From positions 1 to 64,000 of the IMG/VR virus record IMGVR_UViG_3300032240_000659: 64,000 nucleotides of DNA, one strand, 5' to 3'. This document shows positions 36,528 to 47,600 of this stretch, in pieces. Numbering within the stretch: position 1 is the first letter of the stretch; every line of letters starts with the position of its first letter. Below the pieces are notes generated by a model. That model was given only the letters and a program-made list of their open reading frames with translations. It was not told where the DNA came from and searched no databases. Both the position numbers and the translations under genes were made by a program. This DNA is from a virus.

Positions 36528-39436
36528 TAAGCCTGTGCTTCTGTCCAGCTTAAACGACTGTTAATTGTGTTTGTTGCTTGGTTAGTAATGTTAGTACAGC
36601 ATACAGTAATAACGTCTGGACCATCTGGGTAAATGTTAGCAGGAGTTGTACTACCGTTTGCTGTAGTACCACCACCTAAAATACTATTACCAATGTCTCG
36701 AACAATTGACAAGTCTTGTGTAACTGCGCCAGAATTACTAGTAAAGAATCCAAAAATAGCCTCACCACCAGACACTGTCTGGCCGCTGGTATGGAAAATG
36801 TATTGCGCTAGACTTGATCCGCCCACGTTAGCCCATGTTCCGCCACTGATACGAGCGTTTAAGAAAATTTCAATCTTAAACGCAGTACCGCTGGTAAAAA
36901 CGTCCATCTGACGTAAGGTTAACTGCATACGGTTGATAATTTCACGCTGTCCAATCAATCCTGATAGACCATTATCAATACTTGGTGCAATACGGATACT
37001 TAAAATAGGTTGACGAGTATTTTGAGCCAAGTTAATTAGCGCTGTATTGTTACCAGCGTTGAACACTAGAGATTTATCATCGTCATAACGTCCGTCCATG
37101 ATAACTGAACTACCCCAGTGGCTTAACTGTCCAGCACTTTGTGGACTGTACAATTCTGCTTTGATAGGAGCAGTAGCACTATAGGTAAATGTCTGTGCTG
37201 ATCCTTGTCCGCCTGTTTGAGCACGAGAACCAATAGTCAGTGTGGTTAGTGTTTTAGAAGTATATGTAATATATTCAATTACAGCGCCTGTGGCTGCTGA
37301 TGCTGTTAATACTACTGTACCGCTTGCTGGCCAGCCAGTTGTATCATTTACACTGATTGTTGCACCAGTTGTAGCCGCACTGGACAAGGTTGCTGTCAAG
37401 TAAGTGTAATAAGGCAAGTGGTTACATTCGTAACGTCCTACCAAGTTACCTGAACGCATGTATGCTTCAGTGTTGACGTTATTGTTTGGAATTCTATGGC
37501 AGTAAATAACTTCGCCGCGGTTGTTCTTGAATCCAAAACGGATAGCACCAGCACCGTACCATGTGTAGTCCATGTAGAACATTTGCATCTTACTTAGGTC
37601 AAGTGTCATTCTGCTGTGTCCGGTACCGTCCATCTTGTCAATATTCCAAGTGTTAGTTGCACCAACTAGGCTCAGCCCGGGATAACGAGTATCAATGGTC
37701 TTACTGATAACACAGTTTACAGTTGAAACACCTTTGTATTCTGGATAAACATACATTTGTGTATCGCTAGTAATCTGTTGTACAAAGTAAGTCATACCTC
37801 GAAGAACAATAGAATCGCCTGGCTTTAACTGGCTTGAAAACTTGGTATTTGTACCTACCACACTTTGACTTCCGTTGGTTGCCTGAGCAAAGCCGCTGAT
37901 CTGAGCAGTACTTGAACGTTTAACTGCATAAATTGTCTGCCCATCATATTCAAAAAAGAATCCGTTTTGACTATCAAACATACCAAGTCTACTGGTAGCA
38001 CCGTACCAGCTGTATGGGTTAGCGTTTACGTTACCCGTAGCAGGGCTGGCACTTGGTGTGCTACCAGCAGTATAGGTAAATGTTGTTGGTGTTGCGGCAG
38101 TTACAATAGTAAAGTTACCGTTGTAGGCTGTTTCATTAGCACCTGATATGGTAACAACTGCACCTACTAACTGACCGTGTGGATATTTTGTAGTTACCGT
38201 TACAGTTGTACCACTACTAGTAATTGTATCTGGGTTTAAACTTGGTTTTAAAATACTACCAGTTGAGAATTGAATAGCTTTACCAGACTGATAACGGAAT
38301 TGGCGTCGTGTCTGACGAATAATTTGATATCCGTGATATGGGCTAACGTTACCAAACTGTACACCACCGTCAAATGGTCTGTGATTAATATAACCTAATG
38401 GACGTGGGTATAACGTTGCTGTTGCACCAGCTGCCGCTGTAATAGTACCAGTAGCTGTACAGGCAAATGTAAATGTTGAGTTACTTGGAGTTGTAGCAAC
38501 TTTCCAGCTAGAGTTCAGTGTGCCAGTGGCACCAGTAGTACCAACTATATAAAAAGCGTCACCTACACGTAGTCCGTGATCGCCAGTTGTGGTAACTGTA
38601 CCAACTGAACCAGATAAACTGATCGCGGCGCCAGCACTGGCACTAACTGGAATGCCAGCACCTGTAAAGAAATAGGCAATAAAAACATAAGTTTTGTTAG
38701 TATCAAACAAGCTGGCTGCTGGAACATTGCCTGCTGGGATCGTATAGGTAAAGTTAGTGTTACCGCTAACCGATTCAACTAACCACCATCCGCCTGCGTT
38801 AGCATCGTCTAGTGTACCTTGAATAAAGATTGGAGAGCCTACAGTAATACCTACAGTGTTGTTAATAGCAACTGTAACAACTTGTCCAGTAGCTGTAACG
38901 TTAGTAATTTGATAGCTACCACTACTTGCTGTTCCACCGTTGCCTACGAACGCAGGAGTGCTAGACAAATTACTTAAACCCGTTGTGAAATCATAAAATG
39001 CACTAGGACGATTATGGCATAAGATTAAACTTTCCCACTTAGTTGGTTGAACACCATATTCAAAGTCAGTGTCAATTAATGCTTGTGGTGTTGAGACACG
39101 CAATTTATCAACTGGGTCGCGCATTGTTTCTGCGGGAACAATTTCTGTATAAGTTTCTTCAACTATAATACTTAATACATCAGTTGAATTCATTGATGTT
39201 GTATTATAGTTAAGTGTAATACTAGTAGTTTCTACAGGAGTACCCGTAGTACTAACTAAACTGTTAGTGTAAGCAGTCGCAGTAAGCGAAGTATCACTAA
39301 AATTATAAATTACCGTATTTGTAGTTACGTTGGTAATTAAAAGAAGCTGTTCTCTTCTTATGTTTTTTCCGTTGACTACAACTTGTCGTGAAGACGGGGT
39401 AAATGTGTAGCTTTCTAAGATTGCATGTTTTGCCAT
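36527..39436 (-). CDS. Large virion structural/fibre protein (969 aa), paralog of 17891..21772
   Basis: Same ordered motif set as 17891..21772; contains HGL.VGD.(F/V).I beta-domain repeats. Confidence 0.7.
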   Translation of the reverse strand: MAKHAILESYTFTPSSRQVVVNGKNIRREQLLLITNVTTNTVIYNFSDTSLTATAYTNSLVSTTGTPVETTSITLNYNTTSMNSTDVLSIIVEETYTEIVPAETMRDPVDKLRVSTPQALIDTDFEYGVQPTKWESLILCHNRPSAFYDFTTGLSNLSSTPAFVGNGGTASSGSYQITNVTATGQVVTVAINNTVGITVGSPIFIQGTLDDANAGGWWLVESVSGNTNFTYTIPAGNVPAASLFDTNKTYVFIAYFFTGAGIPVSASAGAAISLSGSVGTVTTTGDHGLRVGDAFYIVGTTGATGTLNSSWKVATTPSNSTFTFACTATGTITAAAGATATLYPRPLGYINHRPFDGGVQFGNVSPYHGYQIIRQTRRQFRYQSGKAIQFSTGSILKPSLNPDTITSSGTTVTVTTKYPHGQLVGAVVTISGANETAYNGNFTIVTAATPTTFTYTAGSTPSASPATGNVNANPYSWYGATSRLGMFDSQNGFFFEYDGQTIYAVKRSSTAQISGFAQATNGSQSVVGTNTKFSSQLKPGDSIVLRGMTYFVQQITSDTQMYVYPEYKGVSTVNCVISKTIDTRYPGLSLVGATNTWNIDKMDGTGHSRMTLDLSKMQMFYMDYTWYGAGAIRFGFKNNRGEVIYCHRIPNNNVNTEAYMRSGNLVGRYECNHLPYYTYLTATLSSAATTGATISVNDTTGWPASGTVVLTASAATGAVIEYITYTSKTLTTLTIGSRAQTGGQGSAQTFTYSATAPIKAELYSPQSAGQLSHWGSSVIMDGRYDDDKSLVFNAGNNTALINLAQNTRQPILSIRIAPSIDNGLSGLIGQREIINRMQLTLRQMDVFTSGTAFKIEIFLNARISGGTWANVGGSSLAQYIFHTSGQTVSGGEAIFGFFTSNSGAVTQDLSIVRDIGNSILGGGTTANGSTTPANIYPDGPDVITVCCTNITNQATNTINSRLSWTEAQA

Positions 39437-39449
39437 TTTTAAATTTCCT

Positions 39450-40658
39450 TTAAGATCTCAACATTATATTTAGTGCAGAAAAGGGCACTTGGGTATAATT
39501 AAACGTTGGTGCTGGGTCCTGGTTCGTTCTAATTTTTCCGTAGAAAGACATTCCTCTCCTTGGAGCCGTTGCAAACGTAATCGCAGAACCAGCGGTTACT
39601 GTTGCGCCAGGAGTTATCGTCCCGGTTGTTGTGGTTAATGCAAATACTGGACTTGAAGCAGTTGCATTAGCATAAGTATTGGTAATTTGAATACTGGTTG
39701 TTGAGTTTATTTTACCAACATAGTAAGTTGTTCCTGTAGTGTAAGTGCTAATAGAACCTGCTGTAAATGTGCCAGAAATTGTTATAGGCTGTCCTATATA
39801 ATACAATCCTGCACTAACAGTTAAGGTTCCTACTGCATCTGCTATTGCTACAGAAGAAATTGCCAATTGAGTTATTGTATATCCTGCGCTAAACACAGGA
39901 ATATCTGGTAGGTTAAAATAGTCTGCTATGATTTTTGCTGGACTAATTTGTATGCCTCCAATTAATATTTCTACTTTGTTTGGATGATTGGGACTGATTG
40001 GTGTTCCATTATTATAAGTTAATCCAAATGTTGTTGTGATATTATCAAACTTAGCACTAATGTTGTCTAAATCATAGGTGTAACCAATTGGTTCACCGGT
40101 AGGATATGTGTAGTTTGTTGCAGAAACACTAGTAGCTGATAGTGTAGGAACAACAACCTTACCAGTGCCGTTTGGTGTTAGTGAAATATTGCCGTTTGTA
40201 CCTGCGGTAATAACAATACTACCCGTTGTAACACCGTTGTTCGTGTTTAATGTTAAGTTGCTAGTTAAGCTACCAGTGGTTACAATACCTGCGCTTGATT
40301 GATCGCCAATTAAAACTGCACCTGTACCATTAGGCGTAAGTGCAATGTTAGCATTTGCACCTTGGTTAATTGTAATTGTACCACTACTTGTTCCAGTGTT
40401 AGTTGACAATAACAAGTTTGCCGCAGTAGCTGTGGTAACTAATGGAGTACGAATGTCTGTTGTAAAACTTGGACTTGTATTGAATACTAGGTTACCTGTA
40501 CCAGTTTCGTCGTTGATAATGGCTGCTAGTTGAGCACTAGTTGATGTAGCAAGTTTGCTTAATTGTATACCGGCAGCGGCTGCAATGTCAGCATCTACAA
40601 TGCTACCATCTAAAATTAGCGCACTATTAACATAGCCGGGGGTTACTGATAATCCCAT
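39450..40658 (-). CDS. Fibre-like structural protein (402 aa), partial paralog of 32021..36484
   Basis: Two PNGTG modules, SFTTDIRTP module shared with 26746..29829, and YDLD...PF...IML C-terminal module shared with 32021..36484. Confidence 0.65.
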   Translation of the reverse strand: MGLSVTPGYVNSALILDGSIVDADIAAAAGIQLSKLATSTSAQLAAIINDETGTGNLVFNTSPSFTTDIRTPLVTTATAANLLLSTNTGTSSGTITINQGANANIALTPNGTGAVLIGDQSSAGIVTTGSLTSNLTLNTNNGVTTGSIVITAGTNGNISLTPNGTGKVVVPTLSATSVSATNYTYPTGEPIGYTYDLDNISAKFDNITTTFGLTYNNGTPISPNHPNKVEILIGGIQISPAKIIADYFNLPDIPVFSAGYTITQLAISSVAIADAVGTLTVSAGLYYIGQPITISGTFTAGSISTYTTGTTYYVGKINSTTSIQITNTYANATASSPVFALTTTTGTITPGATVTAGSAITFATAPRRGMSFYGKIRTNQDPAPTFNYTQVPFSALNIMLRS

Positions 40659-40667
40659 ACTTGCTCC

Positions 40668-43600
40668 TTATTTGTACTGTGCATCAAACCAACAGTTTGC
40701 CGCACCAATTGTCTTGGTAGGACCCGTTGTTGAATTGCACACTACAATTCCTGTTGAAAAATATCTGCCATAGACACCAAAATCAAAACTGTAATTACTC
40801 AACGCTGGCACATAAAACATTACTGCTGGTACACTAGTGTCAGCTGGTAATGACGTTGCGTTATGAATTTGAATAAACTGCGGCGATGCTAGACTGTTAT
40901 ATCCGCTTAACATGTAAAGTGTTCCAGCTGTTGCTTTTACTACTAAGTTAGTTGCATATGCACTAGTTGTTGCATTTGTACCAGAATATGTTCCAGTAGC
41001 ATCTGGTGTTGCTTTTGTTTGCACAACATCGTCAGTTGCTACTGTTACTCGTAATGTGCCTGCTGAACGTACACCTGTATTAGTTGCAATTGCATTACCA
41101 TTAAACTGCGTTAAACTAGTAACAGTTGCTAGTGTTTGGCTGGCAGCAATGTTTACATCACCAATGATAACACCACTGTTTGCTGACAATTTACCAATTG
41201 CATTTGTACCTGCAGGTAATGGGCTATTAGGGCTTAATCCAACTACTAAACTTGTGTCAGTCGCAATGGCCGCAGTACTTGCTGCCTTCATTGAAATAGC
41301 AGTGCCGTTAAATTGTGTTAAACTTGTAACTGTTGCTAGTGTCTGTGAGGCAGCAATATTTACATCGCCAATAATAACGCCGCTGTTTGCTGACAATTTA
41401 CCAATGGCATTTGTACCAGCTGGTAGTGGACTATTAGGACTTAATCCTACAACTAGACTTGTATCGCCAGCAGCGGCTGCTGTGCTAGCCGCTTTCATTG
41501 TAATTGCAGTGCCGTTGAATTGTGTTAAGCTGGTGACAGTCGCTAGTGTTTGACTTGCGGCAATGCTAACTGTTGCATTTAAGTTTGCCGCTGTAGATTG
41601 TGCTACTGTTACTGAATTGTTTGGACTTACTGCAACAACTAACGCAGGATCGCCAACAACTGCCGCAGTACTAGCGGCTTTGATCGCCACAGAGTTAGTA
41701 CCATCACTTGGTCTGGTTAACCAAGGAGTTGTATTAGCTGTATTACCAGGTTGAACTGTCCAAGTACCACTTTGGCTTGCAGGTACTACGTCATCAGTAG
41801 CAATAGTAACACGCTGGGTTCCTGCGGTACGAACACCGCTACCCATGGCAATTACTTGCCCGTTCATTTGTGTTAAACTTGTTACAGTTGATACTGTGCT
41901 AACTGTTCCTAATGTTTGAGCGGCAGCTATTTCAATTGCGCCAATTGTAACACCACTGTTTGCAGACAACTTACCAATAGCGTTAGTACCTGCTGGCAAT
42001 GCAGAGTTAATTGCGCCAATGTTTACACGACCACTTGTATCGGTATTTAATGCTCTTAAGTTTGCACCATCCCAACCGCCAATTTGTTGTACACTAACTG
42101 GCTGTGATGTAGTACCGTTTGGTGATATAGATAAGTTTACCTCGCCGTCAGTTTGTGATGACATTGAGATAAATGTTACTGTACCGCTACCATAAGCAGA
42201 CATTCTCAAACGTGTTTGATATGCACCAGGCGGAAGAATAATAGTTCTAACCGCACCTACAACTAGTTGAGCATTTGTTATGCTATTTGAAATAACTCCA
42301 GCAACATCTTTCATGTATGCTGTATTCCATGTACTGCCGTCAATTGTTACTTCGGCAACTACTGTTATACCTGTTGGCACGCTGATTGCATTTACTACAA
42401 CACTTGTACCTTTTTGGCTGAATACATTCCACGGGCCCATTACTTGATTTAGCGCACCTAGTGCTCCAAAATTTGTTTGAACTCCGGATAAATTTACAGA
42501 ACCAATATTGTTTTGTCCAAACGGTAGTGGGCTATTAGGGCTTAGAGCAACTACTAGTGACGGATCGCCGGTTGCGGCAGCAGTACTAGTTGCCTTAACT
42601 GCTACAGTATTAGTACCGTCCCATAACTTTGCAGGAGTATTAGGACTTAATGAAACAACTAGTGCAGTATCTGCGGCTGCGGCTACTGTGCTTGCTGCCT
42701 TGACAGTTGCAGTATTTGTACCGTCAGTTACTCTGTGATAGATACCACGTGCGGCTGCATCGCCCATTGGCATTGTATTGGTGCCGTCACTAATTTTAGT
42801 TGCTGAGTTTGCGCCAGCAAAAGAAACTACCAATGCTGGGTCAGTGGCTGCGGCTGATGTGCTTGATGCCTTAACTGCTACGGTGGTTGTACCGTCCCAT
42901 AATTTTGCAGGAGTGTTAGGACTTAGAGCAACTACTAAACTATTATCGCCAACTACAGCCGCTGTACTTGCACTTTTCATTGCGATAGCAGTACCGTTAA
43001 ACTGTGTTAGACTTGTTAATGTTGAAACTGTGCCAATATTACCAATTGAGTTTGTACCTGTAGGCAGTGCAGTGTTAGGACTTAGAGCAACCACTAAACT
43101 TGTATCAGTAGCTGTGGCAGCAGTACTTGCAGCCTTCATTGAAATAGCAGTACCGTTAAACTGAGTTACACTTGTAACAGTGCCTAATGTTTGGCCGGCA
43201 GTAATACTAATTGGTACTATATCATCTGTAGCAATTGTAACACGTTGCGTACCGGCAGTTCTTACACCGGTACCCATAGCAATAGTTTGTCCTGCCATCA
43301 TTGACAAGTTACTAATGACGTCTGGTGTATAAGTTGAATAAGTTACGCCGCTTGGAGTACCTGCTGTGGTTGTAATAGCAGTACCGTCTAAGTTTACTAA
43401 GGTAAATGTAGTACTTCCGTTGGTTACACTAATACGATAAGTGCCGTTAGTAATTGATCCAGTGCCGCCGTTTGTTCCAGCAATAACAACAGTTTGTCCA
43501 ACGTATAAAATAGTAGCACCAACAGTAAGCTGGCCACCAGTTCCTATTGCGGTAAGAGCACCGGTTGTTGTTGGTTGGGCTGAGTTAACACTGATCGGAC

Positions 43601-43721
43601 TATTGTCGCTGGCAATAGTAACACGTAGCGAACCAGTTCCAGTTACGCCATTACCGACTAATAAGTCGTTACTTTTAACCTTTAACAGGTTAACTAAGGT
43701 TGTGGTTCCGCCCGCTGCCAT
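40668..43721 (-). CDS. Repeat-rich fibre-like protein (1017 aa)
   Basis: Many KAAST....D..LVV.LSPN and LPAGTN.IG modules; T/A/S/G-rich. Confidence 0.65.
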   Translation of the reverse strand: MAAGGTTTLVNLLKVKSNDLLVGNGVTGTGSLRVTIASDNSPISVNSAQPTTTGALTAIGTGGQLTVGATILYVGQTVVIAGTNGGTGSITNGTYRISVTNGSTTFTLVNLDGTAITTTAGTPSGVTYSTYTPDVISNLSMMAGQTIAMGTGVRTAGTQRVTIATDDIVPISITAGQTLGTVTSVTQFNGTAISMKAASTAATATDTSLVVALSPNTALPTGTNSIGNIGTVSTLTSLTQFNGTAIAMKSASTAAVVGDNSLVVALSPNTPAKLWDGTTTVAVKASSTSAAATDPALVVSFAGANSATKISDGTNTMPMGDAAARGIYHRVTDGTNTATVKAASTVAAAADTALVVSLSPNTPAKLWDGTNTVAVKATSTAAATGDPSLVVALSPNSPLPFGQNNIGSVNLSGVQTNFGALGALNQVMGPWNVFSQKGTSVVVNAISVPTGITVVAEVTIDGSTWNTAYMKDVAGVISNSITNAQLVVGAVRTIILPPGAYQTRLRMSAYGSGTVTFISMSSQTDGEVNLSISPNGTTSQPVSVQQIGGWDGANLRALNTDTSGRVNIGAINSALPAGTNAIGKLSANSGVTIGAIEIAAAQTLGTVSTVSTVTSLTQMNGQVIAMGSGVRTAGTQRVTIATDDVVPASQSGTWTVQPGNTANTTPWLTRPSDGTNSVAIKAASTAAVVGDPALVVAVSPNNSVTVAQSTAANLNATVSIAASQTLATVTSLTQFNGTAITMKAASTAAAAGDTSLVVGLSPNSPLPAGTNAIGKLSANSGVIIGDVNIAASQTLATVTSLTQFNGTAISMKAASTAAIATDTSLVVGLSPNSPLPAGTNAIGKLSANSGVIIGDVNIAASQTLATVTSLTQFNGNAIATNTGVRSAGTLRVTVATDDVVQTKATPDATGTYSGTNATTSAYATNLVVKATAGTLYMLSGYNSLASPQFIQIHNATSLPADTSVPAVMFYVPALSNYSFDFGVYGRYFSTGIVVCNSTTGPTKTIGAANCWFDAQYK
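41095..41575 (-). repeat. Tandem 207-nt (69-aa) repeat, about 2.3 copies
   Basis: [18 protein letters not shown]...SGVIIGDVN recurs; DNA anchors CCAAT(G/A)ATAAC at 41161 and 41368 are 207 nt apart. Confidence 0.85.
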
Positions 43722-43722
43722 A

Positions 43723-44052
43723 TTATGTTATCTCCACGCCAAATGCGCTAAATGAAAGTGTTGCCAGTGTAGCGTACACTCTAATCTTATCAGTTGTTGC
43801 TAAGGTAATTCCCATTGTTGCTGTAAACGACGAATTACCATCAAGCAATTGATCATAAAAAAGATACTGTGAAACTGTATCAGCGGCGCCGGCAGGTGCA
43901 ACACTAATTCTAAATGTTGTTGCTGTTGCACTTCTGTTTACAACTACTAATGTGCTAACTGTTGTACTGGTTAATGCTGGAACAGTATATAAATCTGTTA
44001 ATGTTGTTGCGCTGGGCGCTGATTGTCCTAATACCTTAAACGACTCTGCCAT
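43723..44052 (-). CDS. Small beta-sandwich virion protein (109 aa), paralog of 51092..51412
   Basis: T.LYTVP...V..N.S..ATTF...P.G.....L.D.I...A pattern shared with 51092..51412. Confidence 0.6.
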   Translation of the reverse strand: MAESFKVLGQSAPSATTLTDLYTVPALTSTTVSTLVVVNRSATATTFRISVAPAGAADTVSQYLFYDQLLDGNSSFTATMGITLATTDKIRVYATLATLSFSAFGVEIT

Positions 44053-44053
44053 A

Positions 44054-44695
44054 TTATCCTCCCATCATTGTGAATGTTCTTGCCCAAATATTGGGAGTAT
44101 TTGTCAAGCTAGTGTAACTACCTGTGCCTGCTACTGTTGAAATACCAACGGTACCAATATATCTATAACCATAAACATAAATTACTTGAGTGGCAGTCAT
44201 GACTGCTGGTGGCACATTTAAGAAATGTAATGTTCCTGATTTGTAATCAAAGTACCACTCGCCTTGTCCGCCTGACCCGTCTGCGAAAATTTGTGTTCCA
44301 CCTGTTGTTGCTGGGTCTGATAATCCTGTATTGCCATAATACACCGCTACTCGATAAGTGTTAACAGCATTAGCTGTATCAAATTCTGTAGGAATCCAGT
44401 TAGTCAAGTTTGTTTTCCACATTGGATTAATTAACACACTACCGTTACTGATTGATGTTGTATTAGAATCAGCAACACACTCAACCTTACTGGTGCTAGT
44501 ATATGCTTGAACAATACCTGCTACGGCTGCTGCCGTTGTTGGAATACTTGATGCTTGATTCCAGACTTGATCACCGCGAATTAATGCAGGACTGGCAATA
44601 CCTTCTTGTCCGGGTGTTTTGACACCTGTTGAGCGAGCAACTCCGTAAAGTTTCTTTAATAACAGGTCGGTTTTAATTGCATCAGTTAGTGCCAT
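44054..44695 (-). CDS. Hypothetical structural protein (213 aa)
   Basis: Tiles within the fibre operon; W.FDYKSG.L.F and YGYRYIG motifs; no recognised family. Confidence 0.6.
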   Translation of the reverse strand: MALTDAIKTDLLLKKLYGVARSTGVKTPGQEGIASPALIRGDQVWNQASSIPTTAAAVAGIVQAYTSTSKVECVADSNTTSISNGSVLINPMWKTNLTNWIPTEFDTANAVNTYRVAVYYGNTGLSDPATTGGTQIFADGSGGQGEWYFDYKSGTLHFLNVPPAVMTATQVIYVYGYRYIGTVGISTVAGTGSYTSLTNTPNIWARTFTMMGG

Positions 44696-44699
44696 GTTA

Positions 44700-47600
44700 T
44701 TATCCTAAATATAATGATGTTATAGACTGGCCGCTAGTCAATTTAATTCTAACCCAAATTTCGTTGTTAGTTGCTGACGAAGAACTATAAACACCAAAAT
44801 CTACTGTAAATGTTTGTGCTGTGTATTGTTGTCCCGCTACAAATGCAGTTCCACTTACACAACCGTTTAATAATGTTGAGTTGGTGCCTAATGATAACCA
44901 GCCGTTAAGACTCGACTTACCAGTACCGTATACCGATCCGTTACTTGATCCAGGTAGCCCTGCCCAGAACCCAGCAATACCAGTTGCGCCAGTTGTGAGT
45001 GTTATTGGAAATCCGTTAATAGCACTTCGAACAAATCTAAATGTAAAATACTGTGCGTTACCGACTGTTCTGCCACTTAGGTTAGGGCCTGCTGGTAAGT
45101 AACCGGTTGAATAGTTTGTAACATCATGTTTTAAACTGTTAATACCTGTGCCAGTACCTACTACCGTTGCATCTGTTGCTAGTAATGTGCCTGATTGGCT
45201 ATTAAATGCGGCAGCACCACCTGCAAATGCAGGAGTGTCAGTATTTGCAGTTCCTGTATCTGGGTTAACAACTCTTAACCCACCAGTAGTGCTGCCGCCA
45301 ACTGCGGCATTAAAGAAAATATTTGTTTCATCTAAGAACGTTGTTGAACTTGTTGTTCCTGTTTTATATAATATAATTGCATTTAGTGCAGGTAATGCGC
45401 TAGCCGCTGTTGTGTAACTATTATCAGCAGTAAATGCAGGAACTGTTGTTGTAGTTGTCCATGCACCAAATCCAGTAGTAATACTATGCGTAAAAGTGGT
45501 TGCGTTAGGACCTGATCCAGCTGTTACTGTTGTAGTTGTTGGTAATGTTGTATAACCTAAGTTGGTATAAGTTTTATTACCGGCACTGGTCCACGGCCCA
45601 ATTGCGGCAGTGGTTAAAATGCTTGTTGCTAAACTAGAATGCCCTGTTTGTCCTGCGTTCCATGTTACAACAAAACCAGAGTTGTATGTTGTTGAACTAT
45701 TGTAATGAGGAATTGTGCTAGAATAAGTTAAATTACTTGTACCTAACGCAAAAGTTTGTGTACCAAATGTTGGCGCAACTGTAGCACTATTATCGTAATA
45801 CCAAACACCTGTGTTTGTTGTGCTAGCTCCAATAGTTGTTGAGCCAGCGGCGCCATGTGTAATTTGTACAGTGTTCCAACCTGCAGGTACTGTGGTACCA
45901 GTAACAGTTACATCAATAGTTTCATAAAATCCCGGTGTACCAACTGGGGAAGCAACGTTATTAGTAACAACTAGAGACGTATTATTTGCTGTATAGGTTC
46001 CGTTATCACTAGTTGATGTAAATGTTAGTGTTCCAGTTGTTGTACTAGTAGCATTAAATGCAGAACCAACTGAACCGGTAGTAGTATTATATGTTGATAA
46101 AGTTAATGTTGTTGCGGTTACTGCGGTAATATAATAAGCAGTAGAGTTAGACAGTCCGCCAAATGCTCCACTTGCACCAGTTGTAATCAAATAGCCAACA
46201 ACTAATACGCCTGCGGCAGGCGGCGTAAATGTCACAACGTTACTGTTTAATGTTGTTCCAGTAATTGTTGCTGTAATAGTTTGAGTAGTATTACCGTAAG
46301 TTAATGTTTTAGTTGTGGCTGCGGTATTATTTCTTTTAACAGTAACTAGACCTTGTGTACCTGGGCCTGTTGCTGTAATTGAACTTGTAGATAATGTGTT
46401 TGCACGGATAACATAGACAATAGTACCAGCCGCTGGAGTTGTTACGTTGGTTGCATCATTATTAACTTGTGAACCGGCGGCAGTAAACATAATGCGTTGC
46501 GTTAATCCATTCACAAAAAATGATTGACCTCCTGGAAATGCTGTAGGTGCCGCTGGTGTTAGTAGACTTAGTGTTTGATTTAACAGTCCAATACTATCTG
46601 AAACTGAAGTGCTGATTGACAAAGAAACTCCCCCTGTTAACGCTCCTTGTGCTGGTGTTCCTACAGAAATACCAGTAGCACTACTTGTTGTCAGTAATCC
46701 CGTAACTGTTGTAGGTGCATTAACAGTAACAGCTTCACCGGTTGCTGGATCAATATTAATTGGACCAACAGTAGAACCAATGGTATTACCAGAAATAATA
46801 ATATTATTTGCAGTAATTCCGGTTGGACCAACTGTGGTAATACTAGTACCATTATTAAATGTAATACTGTTTAGTGATGATACGTTTAGTGCGCCAGCGG
46901 CAAAATTAACAGCTCCTGTTTCGTAATTAACTGTAAATAAACTACCAACGCGGTAATTACCGCTTTGGTCTACAGAATTATAATATACTTTACCGCTATT
47001 AACTTGTATAACTTCGTTAGCTTGAACTACTGCACTCTTATCGTTTGTTAAATCAGCACCTGTTCCAATATAAGCAAAATTGTGCGCCATTAACTGAATA
47101 GAAACACCATAGCCGTCTGCTTTAACACCTTGGTTACCATAGATGTTAGCGCCAGAAATAGCTCTCATTTCTGCACCAAATTCACCAGTATCATATCTAG
47201 TAATACCAGTAGCAGTTCCGCCACTAGTTACTCTAATATCTTGAACTGTAACACCGTCGTCTACCGTAGTTGTTGCGTTATTTACGCCATCAAAGTGTAG
47301 CAATGCTACTGTTGTTGAATCACCAACATATGCGCTAGTTGCAGGAGTGAATGTAGTTGTGTAACGAGCAACACCTTTGCTAATTCTAAATTCGTCAATG
47401 TATCCAGTGTAACCAGCAGTTGAATCAAATCTACATCCAATGGTAACTGTTCCTTGAATATAGTTGTTTGTATCTGTATATGTTTGTGTTTGAACAGTTC
47501 CTCCAACAAACATTCTTGTAACTCCGCTTGCTCTAGCAATAGCAACATGTGTCCAAGTGTTTAAGCTAATAGCACTGTCACTTTGAATCTGTTGTGCGCC

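Noticed and set aside
26746-43721. Diversity-generating retroelement or invertible shufflon behind the fibre repeats
   Set aside because: No reverse transcriptase or recombinase in the window; repeats are direct and in coding frame; differences fall at synonymous positions rather than being adenine-specific.
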